From positions 142,292-206,291 of IMG/VR virus record IMGVR_UViG_3300037507_003370: 64,000 nucleotides of DNA, one strand, 5' to 3'. Below the pieces are notes generated by a model. It saw only the letters and a program-made list of their open reading frames with translations. It was not told where the DNA came from and did not search any database. This stretch comes from a virus. Its lineage: Duplodnaviria; Caudoviricetes. Below, in pieces: positions 43,789 through 53,276 of this stretch (the first letter of the stretch is position 1; each line of letters opens with the position of its first letter). Position numbers and translations under genes: made by a program.

Positions 43789-44634
43789 TTATTTAATGCT
43801 TTTTATATATACTGATAAATTATTTTTTGGATTCCAATTTAAAATGGTTTTTGTTTCATTATTTTCTGCCAGAGTAGTTGGTGCTTCTCCAACCAAATCT
43901 GGTTTGTATATTATATTATTGTATTGAAACATATCTACTACTTCAGATACGCTATAATTCTCACCTCTGCCTAATTCAAATTCAAATCCGTATTTGTGAT
44001 TTATTATAATTTTAATTATTGCATCACATACATCATCAACATGAGTAAAGTCACGGCGTTTAGATCCATCACCATAAATGATAAAAGGTAAATTGTTTTT
44101 ATAATTATATTTCCATTTACCAATTAATGTTCCATTATCATCCATCAATTCATTCGGTCCATACACATTATATAATCTAGCAATAGATGCTAATAAACTA
44201 AAATTTTGTTGATATAGTCTTATTATGTCTTCTCCAACATCTTTCGTAAAAGTATATGGATTACTAAATTTGCCGCTATGATGAGAACTTGTTCCAATAT
44301 AAACTATTGGAATACTATTTTGAGCAGCATACTTTGTAATATTATATGTCCCAAGAATGTTAGTATGGAAATATTCTTTATCGTCAATAAAAGATTGTTT
44401 TATCCTGGCCTTTGCTGCACAATGAACTATAGCATCAAACTTACCATATCTATGGTAATCTATGGTTGATATAATGTCATTCTTAATATATTCTATGCCT
44501 TCTGTGTGATTATTTTCTGATCCGGTAGAATAATTATCTATAGACACTACAGAACATCCTAAAGAATATAATCTTTTTCCAAGATTTGACCCCACAAATC
44601 CAGCACCTCCTGTGATAAGAATATTTTTATTCAT
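43789..44634 (-). CDS. NAD-dependent nucleotide-sugar epimerase/dehydratase (SDR)
   Basis: ITGGAGFVGS, HCAA, YTFTK (YxxxK), RLYNVYG, RDFTHVDD. Confidence 0.92.
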   Translation of the reverse strand: MNKNILITGGAGFVGSNLGKRLYSLGCSVVSIDNYSTGSENNHTEGIEYIKNDIISTIDYHRYGKFDAIVHCAAKARIKQSFIDDKEYFHTNILGTYNITKYAAQNSIPIVYIGTSSHHSGKFSNPYTFTKDVGEDIIRLYQQNFSLLASIARLYNVYGPNELMDDNGTLIGKWKYNYKNNLPFIIYGDGSKRRDFTHVDDVCDAIIKIIINHKYGFEFELGRGENYSVSEVVDMFQYNNIIYKPDLVGEAPTTLAENNETKTILNWNPKNNLSVYIKSIK

Positions 44635-44636
44635 AT

Positions 44637-45323
44637 TTAATTATCAATAAATTTTCTATTTGAATTTCTGTATTCGTTACCAATATATGTTGTAGATTTT
44701 GGCCCAGTCCATTCGTGATGACATAATGCTTTGTTTACTATAATCACTCTTTGTTGACTAGAAAGTTTTCTCTGAGGATGGTCTGCTGGCATAGACATGG
44801 TTCTTAATAATAAATAAAGTTCTAATATTGCTAATTTTTTTGTATAAAATAATTGATTCCCCCATGGACTTTCATCACACATTGAAAATATCTCTTTTTT
44901 TATACTATAGACTTTTTTCTTATTTACGTCTGGATATTCGTGTAAAAGCATCATATCTGCTGTAGGAAATTCTTTTTTTCCCTCAGATATTGTATTAAAT
45001 AATTCGTCTTTGTTTTTTATTAATGGAGTTATATCATCCTCCATAATAATTACTTCTTCATAATTATTCTCTAATAAGTGCTCATAGAGAAGGCAAAAAC
45101 TTGTAGCACATGCTATCTCTCCTTCGCTCAGTTGTCTGCCCATAAAACTTATTGCTAATTTTTTATCATATGGATATATAAATTTATTATTTGTTATATT
45201 TTTTCTATCATAACCTTTCCAAAAAACAATATCTAAATTTAGTTTATCTATCCATTCTTTCTGTATTAAAGATTTTCTTTCTGTTGCTCGTTCAAGATTA
45301 ATACAAAATATTGGAATATTCAT
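44637..45323 (-). CDS. GT25-like glycosyltransferase
   Basis: FCINLERATER, GEIACATS, IMEDD. Confidence 0.85.
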   Translation of the reverse strand: MNIPIFCINLERATERKSLIQKEWIDKLNLDIVFWKGYDRKNITNNKFIYPYDKKLAISFMGRQLSEGEIACATSFCLLYEHLLENNYEEVIIMEDDITPLIKNKDELFNTISEGKKEFPTADMMLLHEYPDVNKKKVYSIKKEIFSMCDESPWGNQLFYTKKLAILELYLLLRTMSMPADHPQRKLSSQQRVIIVNKALCHHEWTGPKSTTYIGNEYRNSNRKFIDN

Positions 45324-45326
45324 ATG

Positions 45327-46145
45327 TTAAAAATAATATTTATCTATCATATCTAAAAATAAATTTAGTCCCATAAATTCTTCAAACGTATTCTTTAGTC
45401 CCCACAAATGTAATATTTTATGTTCTTTTAGTCTGTGTCTTATTCCAATCTCACCTTTTGCTGTTATGGATCCTGGCACTAAAACTGGTAAATTTTGTTT
45501 ATTCATTTTTTTTGCAATAATCGAGGGTAATATATATTGCTCTAAAAATACTGATGTTTTCCAATTATATCCGTCTGTCTTTAGTGTTGATAAAAATTCG
45601 GTTATTTCATTATTATGATTGTTAATACCTGTTATTAGATGATCTATGCTGTTTTTAATAGTAATATAGTCCGTACCGCCAAAAATGCCAAAATTATAAC
45701 ATTGAGCAATATCATTATCTATATTAAACCACTCGTCTATTTTGTCTTTAGGCAACTTACTAAAAAAACAAGTTTTCATCCACGGTTCGTGATGCAAAGT
45801 TATAAAAGGTTCATTTTTATATGGCTGTATAATATCTTCTACTAAAAATAAATCTAAATCCACATGATAAAATGGCTCATTAACTAATAAACAAGAAACA
45901 AGTTTAGTAACAGACCAAAAGTCAAAAGTATTTGGTAATTCATAATCTTTTAAATCTATTATTCTTATATCATCATATGGTATGTGTTTAAAATAAGGTA
46001 GGCTTTTTGTATCAGTATATAATATGGTAGTATATTGATGCTTTTTTAAGAACTTGTTTGATAATTCTGCTTGCTTACTTGCTGCTGAAATATTAGCTCT
46101 GATGCTAGATGTATCGTTAGGGAAAAAGCTATGTATTGTTATCAT
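45327..46145 (-). CDS. Glycosyltransferase-like protein (DUF6734-like)
   Basis: LYTD, FWSVTK, FYHVDLD, NFGIFGG, FLEQ, HLWG. Confidence 0.6.
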   Translation of the reverse strand: MITIHSFFPNDTSSIRANISAASKQAELSNKFLKKHQYTTILYTDTKSLPYFKHIPYDDIRIIDLKDYELPNTFDFWSVTKLVSCLLVNEPFYHVDLDLFLVEDIIQPYKNEPFITLHHEPWMKTCFFSKLPKDKIDEWFNIDNDIAQCYNFGIFGGTDYITIKNSIDHLITGINNHNNEITEFLSTLKTDGYNWKTSVFLEQYILPSIIAKKMNKQNLPVLVPGSITAKGEIGIRHRLKEHKILHLWGLKNTFEEFMGLNLFLDMIDKYYF

Positions 46146-46491
46146 TTTGCTGGTTCCTATTTTTTGCCATGATTAAATAGTTTACAGCCTTAATTACACC
46201 GGTTAAATTGTCATCAAGTTTACCTATGCCAGTATTACACCTATCACAGAGCCAACCTCTAAAAGAATCATCAGAATGATCGTGATCCAAGCACCATTTT
46301 AATGGTATTTTTTTACAACACTCACAAAGTTCTGGTTTTGGTGGTGCTTTTTTATGAAGTTTACCACGAACTTTAGTTTGTTTTTTTACACACTTTTTGC
46401 ATCTGCTATCCAGATTGTCTTTATACATAGTGTGTTTAGGAAAACTTCCTTTGTTTTTCCTTTTACCGCAATATGAACAAATTTTTCTCAT
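46129..46491 (-). CDS. Endonuclease VII-like nuclease
   Basis: CECC..LDHDH...RGWLCDRCNTGIG. Confidence 0.88.
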   Translation of the reverse strand: MRKICSYCGKRKNKGSFPKHTMYKDNLDSRCKKCVKKQTKVRGKLHKKAPPKPELCECCKKIPLKWCLDHDHSDDSFRGWLCDRCNTGIGKLDDNLTGVIKAVNYLIMAKNRNQQNDNNT

Positions 46492-46499
46492 AATATAAG

Positions 46500-46849
46500 T
46501 GGACTAGAGGGGAGTCGAACCCCTGTCCAGAATAAACATCAATATAAACTTCTACATCGTTAGTCTATTGTAATTCGGACACTAGACAAACCTAGAAGAA
46601 ATTATCTTCATCAGATCGGTTACGATCATTGTCTATGTTTTCGGGTTAGACTTCCTTATCAGATTTATCTGAGTCAACATGATTGGGTAATAAGGCCCAT
46701 ATAGCCCCACTCGTACCTAATTAATTAGGCAGCGAGAGCGAGATTTACTTCGCCAATTAACATTTTTTGAATAACTTTTATACTGGCCCGTTATTCAACC
46801 AGTCGATGCCGTCTATATCTATTTTACCTGTCGATACCTTTACTAGCCC
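46500..46849 (-). ncRNA. ssrA: tmRNA, one-piece, tag (A)GEVNLALAA*
   Basis: Acceptor GGGCTAG/CTAGTCC with G3-U70 and A discriminator; 5' GGTATCGAC; T-arm GGGGTTCGACTCCCC; tag ORF 46754-46725; CCA not encoded. Confidence 0.93.
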
Positions 46850-47026
46850 TTAGTTTTCCAGTTCAATCAATCTATCGTGTAGATTACTGACCATTTTTGT
46901 ATGTATCATATCGTTGATCTTATTAACTTCTTTAACAGCCTCCAAAGATTCTGAATGAATAACATTCATTGTTAGTGAAGCAAATAAAACTGATAATAGA
47001 CATATAAACAGAAGTCTGTATTTCAT
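46850..47026 (-). CDS. Small membrane/secreted protein whose stop abuts the tmRNA 5' end
   Basis: 58 aa MKYRLLFICLLSVLFASL..., translated by hand. Confidence 0.5.
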   Translation of the reverse strand: MKYRLLFICLLSVLFASLTMNVIHSESLEAVKEVNKINDMIHTKMVSNLHDRLIELEN

Positions 47027-47086
47027 GATAATCTTTCTTTTAGGCGGGTTAGTTACTTAACTAATGTAAAGGAAGGTCACTATGTT

Positions 47087-47546
47087 TTACACCATTCCGT
47101 TTTTAATCATATTCAGATACTCTTTTTTGCTTATCCAAATATCGTCATTTTGATACCTTTTTGACAATAATGAACGAATCTTTTTTCTTCCAACATAGCA
47201 TGGTTGAAACCTTAAAGATTGTCCACTAAAATAGCATTTCCTATTAAACAAACAATATTTTAATGTCCATTGTCTATCATGTGTAATTTCAGAAATCATT
47301 TTTGATTGGTTCTCTAGTTTTAATATCGTACTTAGTGCCTGAAGTATATGTTTGTTTTGATAGTCTTTTAACTTCTTCCATCAATTTCTTCAGTTCATCA
47401 TTATCAACTGGCGAAGTTATGCTATTAACTATATGATGTAGTTGATTGATTTTTTCAAGAAATATCCAATTAAAACCAACTGACAAAACTAATAGACCAA
47501 CTAAAAGAGTTACTATTGGCATACAGCATAATGAACGATGAGTCAT
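47087..47546 (-). other. Two small hypothetical CDS (47087..47299, 47289..47546)
   Basis: Overlapping co-oriented ORFs. Confidence 0.5.
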
Positions 47547-47620
47547 AAACTTTCCTTATTTTTGATATGATTAGTGTCCACGATATAATAGTTTCACTGT
47601 TATCAAAAGCAAGTTTAAAA

Positions 47621-47696
47621 TAGGGCGAGTAGGAGTCGAACCTACCTATGAACACCTTATAAGAGTGTCGGATGCAACCGGCTTACCTTCCGCCCC
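47621..47696 (-). tRNA. tRNA-Ile(UAU) with atypical D-arm
   Basis: Acceptor GGGGCGG/TCGCCCT, A73, anticodon arm ACACT-CTTATAA-GGTGT, T-arm GTAGG-TTCGACT-CCTAC. Confidence 0.8.
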
Positions 47697-47729
47697 GTCT
47701 TGTTAAAGATCAATCACCGTCCTGCCACC

Positions 47730-47757
47730 ATTATATCATCGTCATCCATCTTGTCAA
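47730..47757 (-). promoter_or_regulatory. Promoter TTGACA-N16-TATAAT for tRNA-Ile
   Basis: Consensus hexamers, extended -10 TG, ~30 nt upstream of the tRNA. Confidence 0.85.
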
Positions 47758-47765
47758 GACTTGAA

Positions 47766-48305
47766 TTATTTTGCGAGATGGCTTGTATATTTGTCGCCCT
47801 CTAATAAACGGTAATAATGTAGTACATAAAAACCTTGTGCTACAATACATTTTTTACCAAGAGAATTTACTTTATTATAAAATAATCTATCAACGTGTAA
47901 TATTCCCTTTTCAAAACCACCTACTTCTTTCCATACTCTTTTTTTAAATGAAAAATAAAATCCAGATAAAAAAGTTCCAGTCATCAGTTTTGTAGAATAT
48001 TGATTTTTATCAAAGAGGTCTTGAGCATATTTTTTATGCTTTATAATATTTTTTTCATTATACATATCTTTGCAAACTTGATCAATATTGGACGTAGCCG
48101 CTCTATTAGTTAGACAAGTAACTATCCCAACATCTTTATTTTGATCTAAAATAGAACCCCATATTTCTCCCCAATTCAGATGTAACTGCATTATATCTCC
48201 ATCAGAAAATGTTATCCAATCATCGTCATCTGGAACAAGACTACAATAATGATTATAGGCTTCTCCTAAGTCACCTTTTACGAAAGGAGTAAAATAATAT
48301 ATCAT
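47766..48305 (-). CDS. GT-A glycosyltransferase-like protein
   Basis: LGEAYN, TFSDGD, VGGFEKG, VLHYYR. Confidence 0.65.
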   Translation of the reverse strand: MIYYFTPFVKGDLGEAYNHYCSLVPDDDDWITFSDGDIMQLHLNWGEIWGSILDQNKDVGIVTCLTNRAATSNIDQVCKDMYNEKNIIKHKKYAQDLFDKNQYSTKLMTGTFLSGFYFSFKKRVWKEVGGFEKGILHVDRLFYNKVNSLGKKCIVAQGFYVLHYYRLLEGDKYTSHLAK

Positions 48306-49139
48306 ACAGAATCAGTATTCTTTAATTTCTGAATTTCAATTTGATACTGTTCTATCTTTTTATACATTTCTTGACATGAAACACAAAAATCAGAGGCTAT
48401 GTATGCTTTGCAGTCATGTATTTTATCCTCAAGATCCCGTATCTTTCTTTTTGTTTCTTCGTTTAATTGGTTTGTCATTTGATTTTCTCTTCTTGGTTGT
48501 GGAACTAGTTTCTTGATTTGCCCAAAAAACCATCTCATTACTTTCATTATCCCAAGCACATTCTACTAATCCTTTAGCAGCGAGTTTTGCTAATCCAACA
48601 TTATGAATCCATGTTACAGTATGTTCATAAATTTTTTCATTAGCATCCTCATTGAGCAAAGGACGCTCTTTATTATCAAACCCAACACATTCGGTTATAA
48701 CAAGATTAATCATTTGTCCGATACTAATAAAATCATCAAGATTTTCATCGTAAGACTGTGATAGGCTTTTAGCAGCAGCCTCACGCATTTCTGTGACATA
48801 TCCTTCAAGATCAGTAATGGCATAAACGTCGCCCATGTTCATACTCTCCAAAGTAATTGACTAGATATACTTACTTACACCTTTATCCATATCATTAATT
48901 AGACGATCAATTAAACGATTTATAGTGTAATCCATCGAATATTGTCCTCTAGGAAGCCATTTAGTATCATCTCTTAGGCCAGTTTTTATCTGAGGCAACC
49001 AATGTTGATATGCCAGATCATATTCTTTTGGAAAATACATCTTTAAAATAGTATCAATTTTATTCAGATGATCTTCTATATGATCTCTATGAGAGTATAG
49101 ATTTTGTAGTGCTTCTTTTTGTTGAGGATTTAAACTCAT
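48302..49139 (-). other. Three small hypothetical CDS (48302..48478, 48429..48851, 48861..49139)
   Basis: Co-oriented overlapping ORFs with RBSs. Confidence 0.5.
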
Positions 49140-49546
49140 ACAGCCTGCTCTCTTTGTTTCAATTTGATCAACTTATGCTTGATTTTCCAAACACCGGTTT
49201 CCTTATTTTGAATATCTCCACCCATATAAATATGGGCGATACCACCGCTCTTATCAATTCCCCATGCAAGGATACCTTTATCGTCAATTCTTTCTACAAC
49301 AAATCGACCCCTATATCCCATAGGAATAAATTCACCTGTCTTGGAAAGATAGTACGGCCCGCCACCAACTTTGATTCTGTCGCCTTTAATCAATTCACGC
49401 CAATTTACCTTATGAATTTGCTTAATGCTTTTTGCTTCTTTGCCCTTTGGCTTGAATACAAAAATATGATTACATTTTGCACACGAATAAGCACGGGGGC
49501 CAGTTTCATAAGAACAATTCGGACAGGTCTTTTTACCTTTAGGCAT
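49136..49546 (-). CDS. Zn-ribbon plus SH3-like protein
   Basis: CPNC..CAKC; own promoter; CACAGGAG leader. Confidence 0.6.
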   Translation of the reverse strand: MPKGKKTCPNCSYETGPRAYSCAKCNHIFVFKPKGKEAKSIKQIHKVNWRELIKGDRIKVGGGPYYLSKTGEFIPMGYRGRFVVERIDDKGILAWGIDKSGGIAHIYMGGDIQNKETGVWKIKHKLIKLKQREQAV

Positions 49547-49576
49547 CGTTTTCTCCTGTGTTAGTGGTATGCTCCT

Positions 49577-49604
49577 AGTATAGCATGAGTATCGGCGTTG
49601 TCAA
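49577..49604 (-). promoter_or_regulatory. Promoter TTGACA-N16-TATACT with CCGATA
   Basis: Read on the minus strand. Confidence 0.8.
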
Positions 49605-49614
49605 GCCGGTTTCT

Positions 49615-50040
49615 TTAAGATTTTCTGCAACCGTCACAAAGAGTGCTAATCCAGCCATTTTCATTTGGACTTCCTCTGTCTCCACAAACTTCACAAATCT
49701 TATAACTCATAGCCCCTGCCATAGAAACTAATCCTTCAATATAATCATCCCCGCCACTAAAGTAGATTCTAAGACCGCCAAATTTTTCTTTGATTTGATC
49801 GAACTTTACAGGAATATAATCGTTTTTGTATTCTGGTTCAGTTTTTTGTTTATATTCTGTTTGCCAAACAATATTATTTTCGTGATTCTTAATCATAAAA
49901 CAAAGAGGAGAAATAATATCAAACCAACCATTTCCACATTCTATTCCCCATGCCATGCAACTGCTCATAATATCCTTATCTTTATTAGAAAAAAGTTCTG
50001 GATACTTTTCAAAAAGTTGATTTTGTAGTTGCTGATCCAT
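49615..50040 (-). CDS. Conserved phage protein (QIKEKFGGLR motif, C-terminal Zn finger)
   Basis: CGNGW, QIKEKFGGLRIY, CEVCG..TLCDGC. Confidence 0.65.
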   Translation of the reverse strand: MDQQLQNQLFEKYPELFSNKDKDIMSSCMAWGIECGNGWFDIISPLCFMIKNHENNIVWQTEYKQKTEPEYKNDYIPVKFDQIKEKFGGLRIYFSGGDDYIEGLVSMAGAMSYKICEVCGDRGSPNENGWISTLCDGCRKS

Positions 50041-50462
50041 CGGGTCTACCTTTTATTTCTAATTTGCCGGGATTATAATGACAAAAATAACTACTGTGAA
50101 TACGCTTCTTAGTCAAATTATCTTCTTCAATCTCAATATATACATTGATACGATACCGATTTTCCCAAACATTAATGATCTTTGTCATAAGATGATGCTT
50201 AGGCTTTTCAACTTGCTTAAACAAGAGGCTTTCAATTTCTAAATCCATTTTAAACAGTCTCCATATTTGTGTTAGAAGTATCAATACTCAAAGAAATTTT
50301 ATTATCCGGCATTTGAATAAAATCAGTAGGATAATATTCTAGAGTTTCAAAATCAAATACTTGCACATTTTCTTGCCAAGGAAAACTGCCGGGATTATTA
50401 ATATCATTTGCTCTTTCATAAAGAAAGTTATATAAATCTAACCAAGTCATATTATTATTCAT
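50009..50462 (-). other. Two small hypothetical CDS (50009..50284, 50250..50462)
   Basis: Co-oriented overlapping ORFs. Confidence 0.5.
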
Positions 50463-50677
50463 CTTGCTCTCCTATTGGCACGATCAAGTTTACGAATAGT
50501 TTGTGTAGCATTAGCAGGAACCATAACAAGAGAGGGAGCAGTTTTATGTCCCCAATCCATAAATCCAACAGCACGATTTTCTACGCTGCAATCTTTACAA
50601 ATAATTTTGCGACCAGTTTCAACAAGAAACTCGTAGCGATCAACTCCAACACAGTTTTTGCAATAAACACAATTCAT
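50459..50677 (-). CDS. C4 zinc-finger protein, possibly DksA/TraR-like
   Basis: CVYC-x9-R-x11-CKDC; strong promoter and GGAGG RBS. Confidence 0.45.
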   Translation of the reverse strand: MNCVYCKNCVGVDRYEFLVETGRKIICKDCSVENRAVGFMDWGHKTAPSLVMVPANATQTIRKLDRANRRAR

Positions 50678-50696
50678 GGTTTCCTCCGTTTAGCGG

Positions 50697-50724
50697 ATTA
50701 TACCATAACCATCGGCATTGTCAA
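50697..50724 (-). promoter_or_regulatory. Promoter TTGACA-N16-TATAAT with CCGATG
   Basis: Consensus hexamers plus extended TG. Confidence 0.85.
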
Positions 50725-51156
50725 CTCGTTGCCTTCAATCAAATTTCCAACACTGTCAATAAAATTCCCGTCATCATTACTATAATAGACCTCATTCAAT
50801 CCTACAGCATTAAGAAGTTTATTACAATTTTCACAAGGTTTACTTCCTAAAATTAATCCCTTTCGATTAATACGCATAACAACAACTGACCAATTAGGAT
50901 CAATGGTATTATACTTATCCAAAAGTTTAGAAATAAGACGAGATTCAGAATGATAATATGGGAACTCCTTATATTTTTCCAGATTAAAATCTTCACCGAT
51001 TCTATAAGCACCAGTGTGAGTCTTGATCGGGTTATTTTGGGTGAAACAAATTAGTTTGGTTCCATCAAATGCGGCGGCATAGTGGTAGCACCTAATTAGT
51101 CTGGTCGGATTCCAATTGTTGTATGCTTTGCGAATTGTTTTGTTTATTATCTTCAT
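50698..51156 (-). CDS. Zn-dependent cytidine/dCMP-deaminase-fold protein
   Basis: HSE and SKPCENC motifs. Confidence 0.75.
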   Translation of the reverse strand: MKIINKTIRKAYNNWNPTRLIRCYHYAAAFDGTKLICFTQNNPIKTHTGAYRIGEDFNLEKYKEFPYYHSESRLISKLLDKYNTIDPNWSVVVMRINRKGLILGSKPCENCNKLLNAVGLNEVYYSNDDGNFIDSVGNLIEGNELTMPMVMV

Positions 51157-51277
51157 TTTTTATCCAAATATCATCTAACATTTCAACATCATAATATTGC
51201 GTTGATGGTAGTGGTGTTAATTTTACGTTTTTATTTTCTGGATTATCTGTAAGTTTTATTTTTTTGGGCTCTTTCAT
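51092..51277 (-). CDS. Hypothetical protein
   Basis: 61-aa ORF, GAGG RBS. Confidence 0.4.
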   Translation of the reverse strand: MKEPKKIKLTDNPENKNVKLTPLPSTQYYDVEMLDDIWIKNEDNKQNNSQSIQQLESDQTN

Positions 51278-51433
51278 AAATAGTTCCTCATTTTGATGCT
51301 AACATATATAAGCCTATATTTGCAAATGCGTATCCAATATATGTAATAAGCATACCATAGTTCTTATGCAAGATTCCCTGCTCAAAAGCAACCCAAATAT
51401 AAATTAATCCTGTGATTAAAATTAAATGATGGC

Positions 51434-52345
51434 TCATGCCGCAACTCCCTTAGTAATTTCTATGTGATTTTGTATAGCCAAATCTTTTGCTTTTAGTTCC
51501 ATATCCACATCAAATTCCAACCCATAAGTATTAAAAGCATTTTCTGAATAATCAGCGTGTTTACGAGGATTATTTCCAACAGCAGATTCACTATAATGAA
51601 ACAAAGGTTTCGTCTGCCAAGTATCCCAGCACATATTGATAGCCTCACACTCTGTCAAATTATTAGAATGACACTTATGATGCAGATAATCAAAACAGAT
51701 TGGGATGCGTGTAATTGGATGGAAAATATCAACCAATTCTTTTACGCTCCAACAGTTGAGTTTATCGTCGTTTTCAATGGTTAATCGTGCCTGACAATTT
51801 TCATCAAGACGCTTAAAGTTTTCATAAAAACGATGACTAATTTCTTCTCTAGTACCATTGTTATTATGAACGTGTAGATTCATGGGGGAATTAGTGTTTA
51901 CTGGCAAGCCAATTCTATCGAAAAAACTACTATAGAAGTTCAATTCTGTAATAGTCTTTTCCACAACTTTTGGAGTCAAACTAGACAAACTATTAAATTC
52001 TGATGGATGTGCAGAAACTCTTACATTACTACCAATAATACTTTGTGCAATATTATCAAATTCATCTTGAATTTCATCATGATTAGGTAAATCTTCCAAA
52101 CTTACATTAGCCTCATCATAAGTAATAAGGGGGAAAATGTCACTACTAACACGATAAACATAATCATTCTGTCCGCAAAACTCAATAGTTTTACGAGTAG
52201 TAATAAGATTATTAAGAATCCTATCTCCAAGGATTGTTATGGCTTCTTCTCGCGGCAGAGAATCGAAGCGTTTAAAAGTCATGGTCTGATGACAAATACC
52301 CTGCTCTTTAAGTTTGAGCGAAATGCAACACAGTCCGTAACGCAT
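51434..52345 (-). CDS. uvsE: UV-damage endonuclease (UvsE/Uve1 family)
   Basis: Start MRYGLCC; YRVSSDIFP, SAHP, NLHV, LTIENDD, PICFDYLHH, PLFHYS, HAD, MELKAKD. Confidence 0.92.
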   Translation of the reverse strand: MRYGLCCISLKLKEQGICHQTMTFKRFDSLPREEAITILGDRILNNLITTRKTIEFCGQNDYVYRVSSDIFPLITYDEANVSLEDLPNHDEIQDEFDNIAQSIIGSNVRVSAHPSEFNSLSSLTPKVVEKTITELNFYSSFFDRIGLPVNTNSPMNLHVHNNNGTREEISHRFYENFKRLDENCQARLTIENDDKLNCWSVKELVDIFHPITRIPICFDYLHHKCHSNNLTECEAINMCWDTWQTKPLFHYSESAVGNNPRKHADYSENAFNTYGLEFDVDMELKAKDLAIQNHIEITKGVAA

Positions 52346-52364
52346 AGTCTCCTCGTTTCTTACC

Positions 52365-52392
52365 ACTATACCATAAGTATCGGCATAGTCAA
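52365..52392 (-). promoter_or_regulatory. Promoter TTGACT-N16-TATAGT with CCGATA
   Basis: Upstream of uvsE. Confidence 0.8.
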
Positions 52393-52583
52393 GAGGCAAC
52401 TTGAAAAATTTCTTCCGCACTGTAAATTTTAACTAGAGAATATTCTATACTAGGAAAATGAAGTTTGAAATTAGATAATGCTTCATCAGACGATGCACCG
52501 TCGTGAACCTCATTTATTAATAGATTCTGTTTTGATGAATCATTATTCTTATAAACTTGAGCAGTAATATTAAACAGTTTCAT
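52389..52583 (-). CDS. Hypothetical protein
   Basis: 64-aa ORF. Confidence 0.45.
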   Translation of the reverse strand: MKLFNITAQVYKNNDSSKQNLLINEVHDGASSDEALSNFKLHFPSIEYSLVKIYSAEEIFQVAS

Positions 52584-52622
52584 AATGTGTAAATTCTTGA
52601 AAATTGGTGTCTATTAAAATAA

Positions 52623-53276
52623 TTAAATAATCCATTCTTTATCATACCCACCAAGAGCCTCACTAACGGTAGGAAACTGTTCACAAAAAATCTTTTTACA
52701 CTCTTTTGCAATAATCATATGTTCTTTTTGAGTTCCACTTTTTTCTCTGAGTGCTATATAGGTCATCCATGATCTAGGGTTTCCTGTCATATATAGTCTA
52801 GTTGGAGTTGCTAGGGGTAATATAAATCTGGCACACTCTTTTGCTACTCCATCTTTAATCATACCATCGTATATTGCTTTGCCTTTAGCAAAATGCTCTC
52901 GTATCTGAGTATTCCATTTTACCTTAATTTCATCAGAAATATTTTCAATACTATTTTGTCTATTTTTATTATCTTGTCCACGAAGTTCAAATAGTGGAAT
53001 TTCTTCAGCTAATAATGTAGTGTCAGCATATCTTTGCGAAAATTCCTGAAAATTAAAACTTCTATGTCGTAAAATTTGAGCGGCTAATCCTCTAGTTGTG
53101 TTAATTTCTAGACTTAGTGATGCGTGTTCAAAAATAGAAATATGCTTATGATCAATACAATACTTTAAAAGTTTAGCATAGTTATCGTTGTTTTGATTAT
53201 TCGGATTGCTTACTCTCGCACAATAGGCCATTAATTTTTCAGCATCTGGAGTAACACTAACTAATTTTACGTTCAT
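52623..53276 (-). CDS. thyX: Flavin-dependent thymidylate synthase
   Basis: ARVS, HISIFEH, QILRHRSFNFQEFSQRY, ARFILP. Confidence 0.95.
   Translation of the reverse strand: MNVKLVSVTPDAEKLMAYCARVSNPNNQNNDNYAKLLKYCIDHKHISIFEHASLSLEINTTRGLAAQILRHRSFNFQEFSQRYADTTLLAEEIPLFELRGQDNKNRQNSIENISDEIKVKWNTQIREHFAKGKAIYDGMIKDGVAKECARFILPLATPTRLYMTGNPRSWMTYIALREKSGTQKEHMIIAKECKKIFCEQFPTVSEALGGYDKEWII

Noticed and set aside
47560-47608. Hairpin 3' of tRNA-Ile (TTTTGATA/TATCAAAA)
   Set aside because: The stem is AT-only with a large loop, which is expected by chance in this composition.
39533-52420. Long N-terminal extensions in the ORF track (40345 for HNH, 52420 for UvsE; similarly 15689 and 61607)
   Set aside because: They run through upstream genes or promoters; downstream ATGs with RBSs and family-typical N-termini fit better.
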